Assembly: GCA_951406725.2 (NCBI GenBank)
Contig: OX597815.1
Location: forward strand, 67,704,001-67,768,000
DNA length: 64,000 nt
From: Octopus vulgaris
Lineage: Eukaryota
Direction of reading: 5' to 3'
The notes under the pieces are model-generated. The model saw only the letters and a program-made list of their open reading frames with translations. It ran no database searches and had not been told where the DNA came from. A program made the translations under genes and the position numbers. Of this stretch, positions 14,012-29,071 are shown in pieces. Position 1 is the stretch's first letter, and every line of letters starts with the position of its first letter.

Positions 14012-14518
14012 TACATATATGTATGTCTATACGTATGTATATTTAAAAGTGCGTGTAAATATATACAAATATATACTAATATATACTAATTTGTGAGTAT
14101 ATGGTGTGTATGTTTAGAGTGTACAGATATCACATATTCTATATATATGGATGACTGCGTATGTGTGAATGTATCTGTAAAACCTAGTATACCTCGATGT
14201 ATATGCATATGAAGCATATCATTAGTTTGTATGTGTATGTGTGTGCGAGCACGCTCTTATGTTTGTACCTCGAGTTGTCGTTAATTCTATGATCTTTTAT
14301 AGCTCTTTAAGAAAATTAAAAATCTTTAGTGTTCTGATGAAGCAGAACTACAAATGGCATGTACCAAACATATCGCTTCTCAGCGATTCAATAATTTACT
14401 TAAATATATTCTTCAAAATGAAGTTACTCTTTCCCACATACATGTGTACATATAGAGAGACACATACGTACAAACATACATATATATATATGCATGCATA
14501 CATACATACATACATACA

Positions 14519-14552
<34 letters not shown>

Positions 14553-14827
14553 CATACATACATACATACATACATGCGATAATACGGACATAGATACATG
14601 CATACAAACTTTTATGTATATATACATACACACGTGTATGTATTCATAGAGGCATACATATGTACATATACTATCCCGACTCGAGTTTGTGTTGAACTTT
14701 GCTTTGTGAATACATGTGTGCGTGTGTGTGTGTTTATAACTGTATACAAGTCTATAAGGAGTTGCATATGTATACATGTACGTATGTATGTTGGTATATA
14801 TAGATACACAGACAGACAAACACAGAC

Positions 14828-14902
<75 letters not shown>

Positions 14903-15958
14903 CATATATATATTAGTATATATACATATATATATATATATGTACGTCTATATATACATGTACTTCTATTATGCACACAAAAACGCATACACACATGCAT
15001 ATACATTCGCGTGTGTGGATGTGAGTTCGCGCACACGTAAATTAATAAAAGGTGGTTTTCGCCTCTGTTTTTATTGGACAAAAGACGCTCAGTCACGCGC
15101 AATGAAACATTACTAGTAGAGAATGATTCTCTGCTGTAAAACATTCGTGCAAAAGTTCTTTTATTTATTTAGTTTTAGCTTTCTTTATCCAATTTTTTGT
15201 TCTTATCCGATGTTCTCTGCTCTATTTTTCATCTCTAACATCCCATCATATGACAGACATCTATTCACAACCAGCCTCTGAAGTTCAACCATTATGCGTA
15301 GGTCTAAATGAAGCAGTTACGTTTCGTTTGTGCTAGCCTTTATATTCTCTTTATTTTAGTTGATTTCGTTTCGGTTTCATTTCGTGTTTTTACACGTCTT
15401 TTAGTATTGTATTATACTTTTCTTCTTTTCTCTATGTATCATTAATTTATTCTTTCTTCTTTTATATTCTTACTTTTTTTTTTCTCTTCCTGTGTCTTGG
15501 TTGGATTCATAAAAGCAATAACGAAACGTACACATAAAATACATACTTGCACACATGCAATGCACATTCACAAACATATACAAATACACATATATTCATT
15601 TACACACAATAGAATATCATACAAGAGGTATAAATTTTAACTTCCAAGTTTAAAAAGAAACGAAATGATTGAAAATTCATTAAAAAGTGCCGTTTAATGC
15701 ATAAAATTCAATTCATAATCTAGTAAAAAAAATAATATTTTCAAGTCATATTGATATTATTTCTCCCTGTCTCTCAACCTCAGCACACATACACACTCAT
15801 CTATTTTTTATCGTTTACTTGTTTCAGTCATTAGACTACAGCCATGCTGTGGCACTGCTTTAATTGAAAATATTTGTCCAAGATGCGCTACAGTGTAACA
15901 CGAACCCGGAATCATGTGGTTGAGACGCAAACTTCTAACCACACACCCACGCCTGAGC

Positions 15959-15995
<37 letters not shown>

Positions 15996-16064
15996 GCATA
16001 CATACATATATATGTATATGTGTGTTTGTGTCTGTGTGTATGTATATGTATGTATGTATGTATG

Positions 16065-16096
<32 letters not shown>

Positions 16097-16149
16097 TGTA
16101 TGTATGTATGTATGTATATATATGTATGTATGTATGTATGTATATATGT

Positions 16150-16705
16150 TATGTCAGGTCACTTTCGAGTGCTACTGGTAACATGTAACCCAGTACAACT
16201 TGTTGCATTGTCGGGTCGTTGGCGACTAAACCGGCAACCCTACCAAGCTTGCTTGGTGAGGAGGGTGTTTATTGGACACCCTGCGGGATGAAAAACAAAA
16301 CCTGTCAAAGGGCGGAGGAACTCTTGAGAGTCAACGGCCATCCAATAAATGGCTTAAGGCTGTAACATGCGCGGGGACATAGAAATAATCGGACTGAATA
16401 CCCGATCGCGCGGTTAAACCATTGGGAGTGAAGGACTCCTAGCCTTTGTTAGGGCATCCTTCTAGGAGAAGGTAACTCAGGAAACTGGGATAACTCCGAC
16501 ATAAAACCTGCGGCTCAGTGGTTACCGATGATGTTGACTTGTTCTTCTTTTCGGATTATGGCTGCTGTTGCTTAGTGAGTGGGATTGACTCAGTGCACAG
16601 CCTTTCCTCACTTTAAAAAAATCTTCTTGCACAGGCATTGCACGATAACAACATTGATTAAGCTTCGTGCAATGGCCATACTCGATAACGAGGGGGCAGC
16701 CACCA
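16150..16705 (+). mobile_element. Non-coding element resembling an RTE 5'UTR-derived SINE, inserted in (TATG)n
   Basis: Contains GGCATCCTTCTAGGAGAAGGTAACTC, similar to the conserved RTE 5'UTR motif. A second copy lies at 13157, also next to (TATG)n. Confidence 0.55.
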
Positions 16706-16739
16706 TGTATATATGTATGTATGTATGTGTGTATGTATG

Positions 16740-16773
<34 letters not shown>

Positions 16774-17358
16774 TGTATGTATGTATGTATGTATGTATAC
16801 GTATATGTATAAGTATATATTAGAAAGAAAGAGTAAACAGACAAAACACGTAGAGTCACTCTACACCATAGAATTTATAATTTAAACCTAATTGCAGAGT
16901 TTTTTTTTAGAGTAAAGAAGGGGCTAAGAAGTTGCGTCTCAAGTCCCTTACAGATGTTTCTAAAACAGCTGTGCATAAAGTGCATATCTCATTGAAAAAG
17001 ACTTCCATGAGAGAAAGGCTTAAGGAATATCCTTGATAAAGAATATCAGTAGTTACCAGTTCCAGCATCAAAGATTTGAGGAATATCCTTAAGAAAAGAT
17101 ATTAGCAGTTATCAGTTCTATCATCGAAGAGGGAGAGTAAAGTAGATTGTGAGTGGAAGGCATGCGAGGAAAAGAAATCAACCAACTAATTTGTACATTA
17201 CAAATACAATCTGGAAGGGGATTAGTAAACCTATGTAACACTTACACAGGTTTAAAATGTGACGTTGTTTTCGTTATCTACATTCCAAAGATGGAGCTTT
17301 GTATCTTTATAGAAGCCAACTACTTCAGCGGAAGAATTTAAATGATTAGATACAGAAG

Positions 17359-17404
17359 ATGCATACGTACATGCATACGTACGTACATACACACTTACAT
17401 TACA

Positions 17405-17445
<41 letters not shown>

Positions 17446-18012
17446 AACATGCATGCATACATGCACACATGCATACATGCATACATACACACATACAGAT
17501 ATACATACATGTGTACATGCATACACACATACATTCATACATATATGTATATTTGCATCCATACATACACACACACATAGATACGTACATGCATGCATTC
17601 ATACATACATGCATACACACACATACAAACATGCATACACACCCATACATACATGCATGCAATGCGTCCATGCATACATACATACATACATACATACATA
17701 TAAACATGCATGCATATATGCATACATGCATACATGCATACATACACACATACAGATATACATACAAGTGTACATGCATACACACATACATTCATACATA
17801 TATGCATATCTGCATCAATACATACACACACATACATACGTACATGCATGCATTCATACATACATGCATACGCACATATACATACATGCATACACACACA
17901 TACATACATGCATGCAATGCATCCATGCATACATACGTACATACATACATACATACATACATACATACATACATACATACATACATACATACATACATAC
18001 ATACGTACATGC
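17359..18012. repeat. Cryptic (TACA/TGCA) compound repeat with a ~257-bp higher-order duplication
   Basis: The block starting ATATAAACATGCATGCATA at ~17441 recurs colinearly at ~17698. Confidence 0.85.
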
Positions 18013-18387
18013 GTACATATATATGGAGATGGTGTGTAACTATATACTACGTACACACACAATTGCATGCACTTTAGCGCGTTAATATTTTGCATGTGTC
18101 GGTTTGCCTGGAGAGACACTAATATCTTGACACTAACTTAAATAATATTTTTCATATAGATGGTGCTAATGTCGAATTCAATAGCTTATAACCCACACCA
18201 TATAGATCATTTATTTAAAAAAATTAAAAGCCCTGTTTCTGCTTCTCATTCATATCCCTCCCCACGATCAGATCCTTTCAAAGTCTGATGTATTGAGCTC
18301 CTTATGAAATTTCATTATATACCTTAAAAAACTTTCAACGTACGTTTTGCAATTAAATTCGAACATATTAAGAAATTTAAACCGTTA

Positions 18388-18423
<36 letters not shown>

Positions 18424-18537
18424 TGTATGTATGTATGTATGTATGTATGTATGTATGTATGTATGTATGTATGTATGTATGTATGTATGTATGTATGTAT
18501 GTATGTATGTATGTATGTATGTATGTATGTATGTATG

Positions 18538-18583
<46 letters not shown>

Positions 18584-18797
18584 CTATAACTTTATTTATT
18601 GTTATATTAAAGTGGATTTTCATATATAACTTAAGATGTTGCATAAAGTATTACGGAATTTTTGTCGCAGAATTGCTATAATTACAGATACTGATGATAC
18701 TTGAAATTTAAAGCTTTCTAAATTTTGTTTCTTTACCATTATTTAAATATATATTCAAATTTATAAGTAAAGATTTCATTACATTATATTGTATTGC

Positions 18798-18886
<89 letters not shown>

Positions 18887-19245
18887 TATATATTATATTA
18901 TATCATATATATTGTATTATGTTACATTATCGTTTTAATGATAGAAGTTGAAGTAAATAATGGCATGTAGGAGACTGTGTTAAAAAAAAACATTGGATCG
19001 AAAAAAGTTGAAGATTGGCCGCGGGATACGAACCCGCATTTTCAGCATCATGACAGATGCGTTTAGCCATCGAATTTTTCTGCTTAGAAGTGTTTTTTAA
19101 GCCAATATTGTACATGCTATTATTCTTATTCTTTTCTGCTCTAGGCACAAGGCCCGAAATTTTTCGGGATTAGATCGACCCCAGTATACAATTTATCGAC
19201 CCCGAAAGGATGACAAGCAAAGTCGACCTATTATTATTATTATCA

Positions 19246-20019
19246 TTCAGTAGTTTTATTTTTATAGCGTGCTTTCACTTCACTACCGAGCGCAGCTCTA
19301 TGTGCCTTGGGTATGTGCTGTGATTTGTTGTGATGCTCTGATGGTTACTGTATTGAAAGTGTTCTGCGTAGGATGTGTGCAGTGCCTAGTAGTGCAATTT
19401 TCTGTATGCTGTATGTGTTTGTAAGTCCTGGTATTTTTGCTATGTATTTGTCTGAATATTTTTTTATCATGCCAAATGCACCTACTATGATAGGAATTGT
19501 TTCTGTTTTTAGATTTCACATTCTAGTTACCTCTATTTCCAGGTCTTTGTATTTTGAAAGTTTCTCCATTTCTTTTAGAGACACGTTGTCATCTACTGGT
19601 ATTGATACATCAATTAGAAAGCATTTTTTTCTTCATAATCTCTGACAATTATATCTGGCCTGTTGGCCTTACTTTCTCTATCTGTGTGTATTGGCATATC
19701 ACAGAGCATGGTTACTTTCTCATTTTCTGTGACCTTTCCTGGTGTGTGCCTACACCATCTTTTTCTGTTGTTATTCCATAATGTTGGCATAGCTTCCAGT
19801 GTATGTAGGTTCCAACTCTGTCGTGTCTGTGAATATATTCCTTCTTAGCCAGGACTGGGCAGCCAGTGATAATATGATTTATTGTTTCTTGTCCATCTCC
19901 ACATATTCTGCAGTTACTTGTTATATTTCTTTTCATTACATGCGTTTGGTAATTTCTGGTGTGGAGGCTTTGGTCTTGTGCTGCAATTAAAAATCCCTCT
20001 GTCTCCGTTTTGAGTCCTG
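19246..20019 (-). mobile_element. 5'-truncated R4/Dong-like RLE retrotransposon in a (TAA)n tract
   Basis: ETEGFLIAAQDQSL, CCHC knuckle CRICGDGQETINHIITGC, RHDRVG, NRPDIIV..LIDVSIP..EKLSKYKDL, LGTAHILRRTL, then a 3'UTR. Both ends abut TAA repeats, the known Dong target. Confidence 0.92.
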
Positions 20020-20029
20020 ATTATTGTTA

Positions 20030-20120
<91 letters not shown>

Positions 20121-22588
20121 TATTATTATTATTAAGGTAGCGAGCTGCCAGAATCATTAGCACACCAGGCACTATGCCTAGCAACATTTCGTCGGTCCTT
20201 ACGCTCTGAGTTCAAATTCCGCTGAGTTAACTTTGCGTTTCATCCCTTTCGCGACCGATAAATAAGTACCAGTTGAACACGGAGGGCAATCCAATTGTCT
20301 TATCCCCTCGTCCAAAATTCCCCTGCCTTTTGCCAAAATTTCGAATCATTATCATAAAAGATAAATCTTTCGACGTCTATAAATTAAGTACCAATCAATC
20401 ACTGGAGTCGATAGAATCGACTGCCTCCCTTCCTGAAAAATCCAGGCCCTATGCATATAGTAGGGAAAATATTTATAGTATTATCTACTTCGAGTTCCAC
20501 CATTAAAACAATTTATTTCATATCTTTCGAAGTTTTTAAATAATAATTTTAAATTGTTATAATGACAGCATATATTGTATTACAGATCAGTATATCATAC
20601 TATACAGCTTATTAAATTCTTATTTTGCTTATCGGACTGCTGCCGGACGCCATATTATTATACAAGTGACCTCTAGTTTGTTTACATATATTGTGAAGCA
20701 TTGTCACTTAAGTTTCTTCGTGACTGTTGTTATTTTATATGAAATATTATTAGTAAGACGCGTGGCCTAATGGTTATGGAGTTCGGCTTATGATCATAAG
20801 GCCAGATGTTCAGTTCCTAGACCAGGCAAAGCATTGTATCCTTGTGTAAAGCACTTCAAATTTCCGTTGCTCCAGTCATCTGTGTTGCAAATATGAACCA
20901 GTTGGGTATCGTTGCGGCTCCCTCTTTCTCTCTCTCCAGCTGTCAATGTATCATTGGGTTAATAGAGGACAAATATGATACCATTACGTTGCTGTCATTG
21001 GCAAAGACATATAATATGGAAGTGAGGACCTACCAAAGCTAATAGGATACAGAGACATATCTCCGTTACAGCCGCTTGAAAAAAAAGAAGAAATCAAAAT
21101 ACACACTAGATTCAAAACTGAAACTAAGGCTAGATTTTACAAAAATAATTTACATTTCTTGGCGAAAACTAAATCTCAATGCATATTTTGGCTTTCAATC
21201 TCAGACGTTAAATATAAGAAAAAAATGGTGGTGTGTGAAAAAATGGGGACAGAAAGTCAAAAGAGAAGCATGATGTTATGACAACCATGGTTTCTTGGCG
21301 GTTATTGATGTTATAGATGAAACAAATTTGAATCTTATGGCTGGAAAATTGATGTTCATTTGTTTGCCTTGTATATAAATAAATAGCTAATCACTTTTAG
21401 TTCTCTACTTAAATATAAGGGAAAAGACTTGTACTTTCTTACAAGATTTTTCCTTGTATATATGTAAAAATAAATTTGGTCTCTCGTGAATCCTAGGTCT
21501 CATAAGGCCGGAGCTTAGCCTGCTTTCCATAAGTATGAGACACATAACAACACACTCCGCCGAACAGGATGCCGGTCCACTGCAGGGATAACTTCCCAGG
21601 ACAATGCGACGTATATCATATATTTAGAACGTATATTGTTGTTTCCTCTCATAGCTCTAATGTACTATAGAACATATTTATCGATATATTTGTTAATACG
21701 ACTGTCGCATAAACGTATTGTTTACAATCTTCGTGCTGCTCATTAATATCTACAGATACGGAGGTCGACTTTGCCTTTCCTGCTTACGGGGTCGATAAAT
21801 TAGGTACCAGTTGCGTACTGGGGTCGATCTAATCGACTGGCCCCCTCCCCCAAAAAGTAGAAAATAATATCAACAGATACGTCCTACAGTACATAACAGC
21901 AATATAATCTATAAAGAGTAGAGTTCTATCGCCTCTTCCAGTTGTCATAATGTAATCGTAAGCGACTCTCTTCTAAATAACAAAATGGCTTTAATTCATG
22001 AAGAAAAAAAAAACAAGGAAATAAAGAATTCAGTTAAAACATTCATATGTATTTTCCAATTACGTATTCGAACAAGCAGACGACACCGTTATCATTTGCG
22101 TACATTCAGTAAGCCAATGACAAACTAGTTACAATTCAGTTATTTCTTTTTTATTTCTTTTTTTCTTGTCTCCACTCTACAACCTTCATTAAATATCAGA
22201 GACGATGTTGTAAATATGTGTTAATATAACAATGAACGCCAAACAGTTCATGTTCCAAGTATCATTGCAACAAATTCCGACTGACATGGCATCGTGAACT
22301 TCAATTCTCTTAATGGCTCAACTAAATGAATAAATATCGCAAACCACTTCACACTGTTGAATATGATGAATTAAATCACCATCTTTTTTGATTCCGAAAT
22401 GGAAACATTATACGAAGAAAAGTGTCTATGTTGTATATTTTATAGTGAAACACATTAAAAAAAAATATTAATGTTTCTGTTATACGTTAGATTATACTTT
22501 AAAAGTGAACTAGTGTTAGACAGATAGTTAGACAGATAGGTAGGTAGGTAGGTAGGTAGGTAGGTAGGTAGGTAGGTAGGTAGGTAGG

Positions 22589-22672
<84 letters not shown>

Positions 22673-23769
22673 GAAATATATAGAGAGAAATAAAGAGAGG
22701 AAGGCAGAGAGACAGAAAGACATAGAGCGGGAGAGAAAGGTAGAAAGAGTGGGCGAGAGAAAGCAAGAAAAGTTGATAGAGATGTGAAACTCTCTCCAAC
22801 AACTAAACCATACAACCAGTTATATTATATGAACTATCTCTTCACAGATGCAGTGAAACGCTCCCACCAGAGCAAAACTTCACACACTCAAACACATAAA
22901 CACACGCACACATACACACACACACTCACGCACGCACACATACACATACACCCATACACACACACACAAGCGCAAACGCGCGAGCACACACACTCATACA
23001 CACACATACACGAACAGGCATGTACTCACAAACGAAACTCGCAACAAACGGACTTACGAACAATCTGATTCTATACGCACATAACCACACGCAAACTTAT
23101 GTGTATGCGTGCGCATAAATACACTTCATATATATGTATGTGTGTATGTGTGTGTGTGTGTGCGTGTGTGTGTGCGTGTTAGTGTGAGTGTGTGCGTGTG
23201 CGCGTGCGTAAGTATACGCGCGCACACACACACATATATATATATATATACATTTATATATATATGTATGTTTTATGCATATATGTATATATATATATCT
23301 GTGTGTGTATGTATGTATATATGTACATATGAATACATATATATTTATGTATGTGTGGTATGTGTTATGTGTGTGTCTCTGTGTGTTTATATATGTGTGT
23401 GTATGTGCGTGTGCATATGAGTGTGTGCATGTGTGTGTGTGTGTGTGTGTGTGCGTGAGTGTGTGTGTGTGTTCCGCATATTGTTATTCAATGTTAATAG
23501 CAACTTGCATAGATTTTTATAGCACATTGCTACACAGTTTACAATACTTAACAACACTTTGAAGCTCCCATAAACGAAATGTAATAGAAAAATAGTTTAT
23601 TCATAATAATTCATTATTCCGATAGTCTTTACGTTTTTTTATAGAGTTGCTATCATCTATTCATATGTATTCAGACTTCGAGATGGTGTCGCAATGCTTT
23701 ACACACACACGCACACGCAAACACACACACTTACGCATGCACACTCAAACGCATACACGCACGCAAGCG

Positions 23770-23825
<56 letters not shown>

Positions 23826-23994
23826 AAATATGATTGGGAAAGATTTCTGCTAATATTTTACAAAGTTTGAGTACATGAAGTTCCAGATACGTTCATGTAC
23901 GTTGAGGGATTGTGGAAGAAGCTTGTTTTATAATGAATTAAAAAGATTAGGGTAAAATGCTAAAGTCTTAAATAATATTATCTATAAGAATGTG

Positions 23995-24370
23995 TAGACC
24001 TGGCTGAGTGGTAAAAGGCTTGCTTCCCAACCACATGGTTTCGAGTTCACTCCCACTGCGTGGCACCTAGAGCATGTGTCTTCTACGATAGCCTCGGGCC
24101 GATCAAAGCCTTTTGACTAGATTTGGTAAACGGAAACTGAAAGAAGCCCATCGTATATAGGTGTTTGTACGTGCGTTTGTGTGTATATATGTGTCTATGC
24201 TTCTTCCCCACCACCGCTTGACAACCGGTGGTGGTGTGCTTATGTCCACGAAACTAAGCAGTTCTATAAAAGAGATCGATAGAATAAGTACCAGGTTTTA
24301 AAAATGTATTAGTGTCGATTCATTCGATTATTCTTTAGGGCGGTCCCCTACAAGACTACAGTCTAATGAG
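23995..24370 (+). mobile_element. SINE family B copy
   Basis: Homologous to 3281-3680. Confidence 0.8.
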
Positions 24371-24402
24371 TTGTGTATATATATGTGTGTGTGTGTGTGT
24401 GT

Positions 24403-24443
<41 letters not shown>

Positions 24444-24703
24444 CACAAACACACACACACGCACACACATATCACATATATATATACCGTTTTCTGTGGT
24501 GGAACTCGAAGTAGTAGACAAAGCTGTATTAGCTGCATTATGTAAAAACAGAACCTTTGAATAGAAAAGTCGAAGAAAACAATCCAGCGTCCGTCTTTTT
24601 CTATCCAAAGAGTAATATTTAAACGTTAATATTATAGCTTTATGTACTTCGAGTTCCACCATTAAAAACGAAATATTTTCATGTCTCTCAAAGTTTCTAA
24701 ATT

Positions 24704-24741
<38 letters not shown>

Positions 24742-24743
<2 letters not shown>

Positions 24744-25149
24744 CAGAATGAGATAAAAAAATCCAAGGCTGTGAAAGATTCCAGAACATTTATAAAGAGA
24801 AGGTCTTACAGCTGTTTCCGGGATATTTTATATATCCCTTCATCGGAAATGGTGCGAGACAATGGTTAAGAACCTTTTCCTTCCACCGTCTCCGATGAAA
24901 AGATATATAAAATATCCTGAAAACAGTTGTAAGACCTTCTCTTTATAAATGTTCTGAAATCTTTCACAGCCTTGGATTTTTATCTTATTCTGTTAATTTT
25001 TTATGTATATGCATGCTAATATATGATCTACGTTGGACTCCTCATTCGTATAATCACCGAACCTGGAGCTTAACTATAGTCTGTCAATAGCACTTACTCA
25101 GCATTACCTGACACCTTTGGGTCTTATTGACACCATTACCTCTCATAAC

Positions 25150-25156
<7 letters not shown>
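24742..25156 (+). mobile_element. Short PLE-like non-coding element in (TA)n with an inverted duplication and two hammerhead-like motifs
   Basis: 24742-24853 is the inverted copy of 24885-24994. Consensus GTCT-CCGATGA-A-GGGATAT ataaa ATATCCC-G-GAAA-CAGCTG-TA-AGAC. Confidence 0.7.
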
Positions 25157-25200
<44 letters not shown>

Positions 25201-25492
25201 GGCGAATACTCGTTATAAATATCACCACCAGTGAGCTAGCAGGTATAACAAGTCAATCGACAAAATATTCGTATTTCAAAATAGAAAATTACCCTTTAAC
25301 AGGTAATTTTTACAGGCTAGAAATAGCAGCCAAACACGGCCAAAAACCACAATTTTATAGCAAATTTCGAAGTAAATGAAAAATAAAATTGCTGACTGTA
25401 AATGCGCCTGCGCTCGATATTTGAAAAGTTATTGCATATAATGATGGGACACGTGTTATCTTGTCTCTGAATTATAAGTTAGTTGTTTAGGC

Positions 25493-25603
25493 CGGTTACT
25501 GACGAGAATTCGACTGGTAGATAATATGGTCTGGCTAAATTATCTATTAAAAGATGGCATGCAATATTATTTGCTAAAGAAATTCGAAGCCATGGTATAA
25601 CCG
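25493..25603 (+). ncRNA. Hammerhead-like motif with long stem II
   Basis: CGGTTA-CTGACGA-GAATT...AATTC-GAAg-CCATGG-TA-TAACCG: perfect 6-bp stem I and one core substitution. Lies between inverted repeats 25354-25388 and 25624-25656. Confidence 0.65.
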
Positions 25604-25651
25604 TTACATAACAAGGTAAAGGTTTTTATTTTTCATTTACTTCGAAATTTG

Positions 25652-25749
<98 letters not shown>

Positions 25750-25977
25750 ATATATATATATATAGGTATATGTGTATGTATGCATGTATGTATGTATATG
25801 TAATACTCAAAGAATCAGCTTTCCGCTGGGTGTTCGGTTGTCTAGAAGACAGTTCTTGAGTTTAGGGTGTAAAATTAATGCCACCGTTCTTCTGAAAATC
25901 TGGGAGTTACAACGTTGGAGAGTATTTAATAATTAATCAAATTCAGTAAATGTGAGAAATTGACATACTTATTCCAT

Positions 25978-26109
25978 ATGTTAACAGCTGTTTCGTAATC
26001 TGTATTTAGATACATTACCGGTTTAGAATGTACTACACAGTTAAAAGTATGCATGTAAATGCGTATAGTTGCATTGCAATATAATGAGCAAAATTCCGCA
26101 TCAGAACAC
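25978..26109 (-). ncRNA. Degenerate hammerhead-like motif with long stem II
   Basis: Minus strand: GTGTT-CTGATGc-GGAAT...ATTAC-GAAA-CAGCTG-TT-AACAT. Confidence 0.5.
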
Positions 26110-26162
26110 GTTAAATACCTGGCTTTGTTGAACTGTATTTAACTAGTTTTTAATAAAATTTC

Positions 26163-26398
26163 GGATAAACTGCTTAGCAACATTTTTTACGGCTCTTTAC
26201 ATTCTTAGTTCAAAATCTAACGGGGCCAATTTTGGCTGGCATCCAGTTGTAGTCAATAAATTAAATACCAGACAAGCACTCGGATCGACTTCAGCCTCCT
26301 GTGTCATTATTATTAATGCCCTTGTGTCACCATCATCATCATCATCATCATCATCATTATCATCATCATCATTATTATTGTTATTGTTATTATTATTA

Positions 26399-26465
<67 letters not shown>

Positions 26466-26672
26466 GGCGACAAGCGGGTAGAATCGTTAACACGCTGGAT
26501 GAAGTGCTTAGCGGTATTTTGTACGTTCTTACGTTCTGAGTTCAAATTCTGCCGAGGTCGACTTTGCCTTTCATCCTTTTTCGGGGTCGATAAAACTAGT
26601 ACGCACTGAAGTCGATGTAATCGATTTAATCCCTTCTCCCAAATTTGAGGCCTTGTGCTTCCAGTAGAAAGG

Positions 26673-26735
<63 letters not shown>

Positions 26736-26958
26736 TTTATTAAGGCGGCGAGCGGGTAGAAATATTAATACGCTGGACGATATGTTTAGCAGTATTTCGC
26801 CCGTCGCTACGTTCTGAGTTCAAATTCCGCCGAGGTTGACTTTGTCTTTCATCTTTTCGGACTCGATAAATTAAGTACTATTGAAACACTGGGGTCGATG
26901 CAATTTACTTATCCCCTCCCCCCAAATGGCTGTCCTGGTGGCAAATTTTGAAACCATT
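26163..26958 (+). mobile_element. Three SINE family A copies with (TTA)n/(TCA)n spacers
   Basis: Heads at ~26465 and ~26742, and a decayed copy at ~26163. Confidence 0.8.
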
Positions 26959-26959
26959 T

Positions 26960-28030
26960 TGCATGCGTAGCGGGCTTGCTACCTGCAGCCTACGGTACCA
27001 TGTTATCTGTTCTTTTCAACTATCTAATACTTTTCTGATTATTTTGGCCGTGCTAATGAGGCAAACCTTTTGTAACAGTTCTACTGGGCACTGTATTCCA
27101 ATTTTGTTTATATTTCTCTTGATGCCTACTGATACTGTCCCCAATGATAATAATTGGCACTATCTTCATCTTCTTCATTTTCTATAACCGGGCTATTTCG
27201 TACTTAAGCGGATTGTATTTATCTATGATTTCGCCTTCCTTCTTGACTATTCGTGGGTCAAAGGGGCACGCAACAACAGCTATATAACACATGTGATGCA
27301 TCTTGTTGACCACCACTATGTCCGGTTTGTTATGCTCTAGCACCTGATCTGTTTGGATTGGGAAATCCCAGAGGATTTTGCTAGTCTCCGACTCAGCCAC
27401 CTTCTGCATTTTGTGCTCATACCACGTTTGGCCTTTTTAGCCCCCACTTTTTGCAGTTTCCAATGTAATACTTTTGCTACCTGATCGTGTAATCACAACT
27501 TGTAGTGGTTTTGAGCAAGTCTAGGGCATTCGTTCGTGATATGGGTAATGGTTTCATCCACTCTATTACAGATATGGCACAGCGGAGACACTTGCTCATT
27601 CCTAAAGTTGACCCTCCAATTTGTGGCCAAAGCTTCGTCTTGCACTGCCAGTATAGTGCTCTCAGTTTCTTTTTTTTCAGTGTTCTTTCCTTCAGCCAAT
27701 CTCACCTATGTTTCCCAGCCATTCCTGTTGTGGCTACATGGAACTGATTGTGTAGTCTCTTGTTGCGTAATTCTTCTTCATGTCCTTTTTGTACTTTTTC
27801 CTTTGTTTTTCCTATTTTCTCTGCTTTCAATATTCCCTCATTCCTAACTGACACTAGCAAGGTTTCCTAGGTATCTCATTAAGCGCTTGACTTCAAAACG
27901 TACGCAGTCTTCTACACTTATCAGTCCCCTTCCTCCATTTGCCCTCTTCATGAATAGGCGATCAGTGTCTGAACGTGGATGATGGACTCCATGTAACGCT
28001 AGAAGCTTTCTTGACTTCGTTATGACCATT
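26960..28030 (-). mobile_element. R4/Dong-like RLE retrotransposon 3' fragment, second family
   Basis: HPRSDTDRLFMKRANGGRGLISVEDC, ETESTILAVQDEAL, CHICNRVDETITHITNEC, ILWDFPIQTDQVLEHNKPDIVV. Next to TAA-like repeats. Confidence 0.9.
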
Positions 28031-28070
28031 AGTATTGTTGTTATTATTATTATTACTATTATTAATATTG

Positions 28071-28697
28071 AAGGCGACGAGCTGGCAGAATCGTTAGCAC
28101 GCCGGGTGCAATGCTTAGCAGTATTTCGTCTCTCGCTACGTTCTGTTCAAATTCTGCCGAGGTCGACTTTGACTTTCATTCTTCCGGGGTCTATTAAATA
28201 AGTACCTTTACGCACTGGGCTCGATGTAAACAATTTACGCCCTCCCCGCAAATTTCAGGCTCTGTGCCTTTTGTGGAAAGGATTATTATTGAAGGCGGCA
28301 AACTCGCAGAAACGTTAACACACCGGGCGAAATGCTTAGCGGTATTTCTTCTGCCGCTACGTCGACTTTGCCTTTCATCCTTTCGGGGTCGATTAAATAA
28401 GTACCAGTTACGCTCTGGGGCCGATATAACCGACTTAATCCATTTTTCTGTCCTTGTTTGTCCCCTCTGTGTGTAGCCCCTTGTAGACAGTAAAGAAATA
28501 AGAATCGTTAGTAAACCGGGCTAAATACTTAGCGGCATTTCGTCGGTCCTTGTGTTCTGAGTTCAAATTCCCACGAGGTTGACGTTGCTTTTTATCTTTT
28601 TGGCATCAATGAAATAAGTATCAGTACATTAGGGTCGATGTTATCGACTAACCCCCTCCCCAAGAATATTTCAGGCCCTGTGCCTATAGGAGAAAAC

Positions 28698-28700
<3 letters not shown>
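28071..28700 (+). mobile_element. Three head-to-tail SINE family A copies
   Basis: Heads at ~28071, 28291 and 28501. Confidence 0.85.
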
Positions 28701-28753
<53 letters not shown>

Positions 28754-28961
28754 CATCATCATCATCATCATCATCGTCGTCGTCATCGTCATTATCATCA
28801 TCATCACCATCATTATCATTATAACAACAAAGGAAAATCGTTGCCCTACTCCAAGTAGATTGTCATGATTTTATAGTTATCCACTCAATCCGCCATTTTT
28901 AGATCTATATAACGTTTCCACATTGTGAAATATATATTTGCCAATATTTAGGTTTATGTTG

Positions 28962-29071
<110 letters not shown>

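Noticed and set aside
17453-18085. 210-aa His/Thr-rich ORF
   Set aside because: Several frames on both strands are open because the TACA/TGCA repeat lacks stops.
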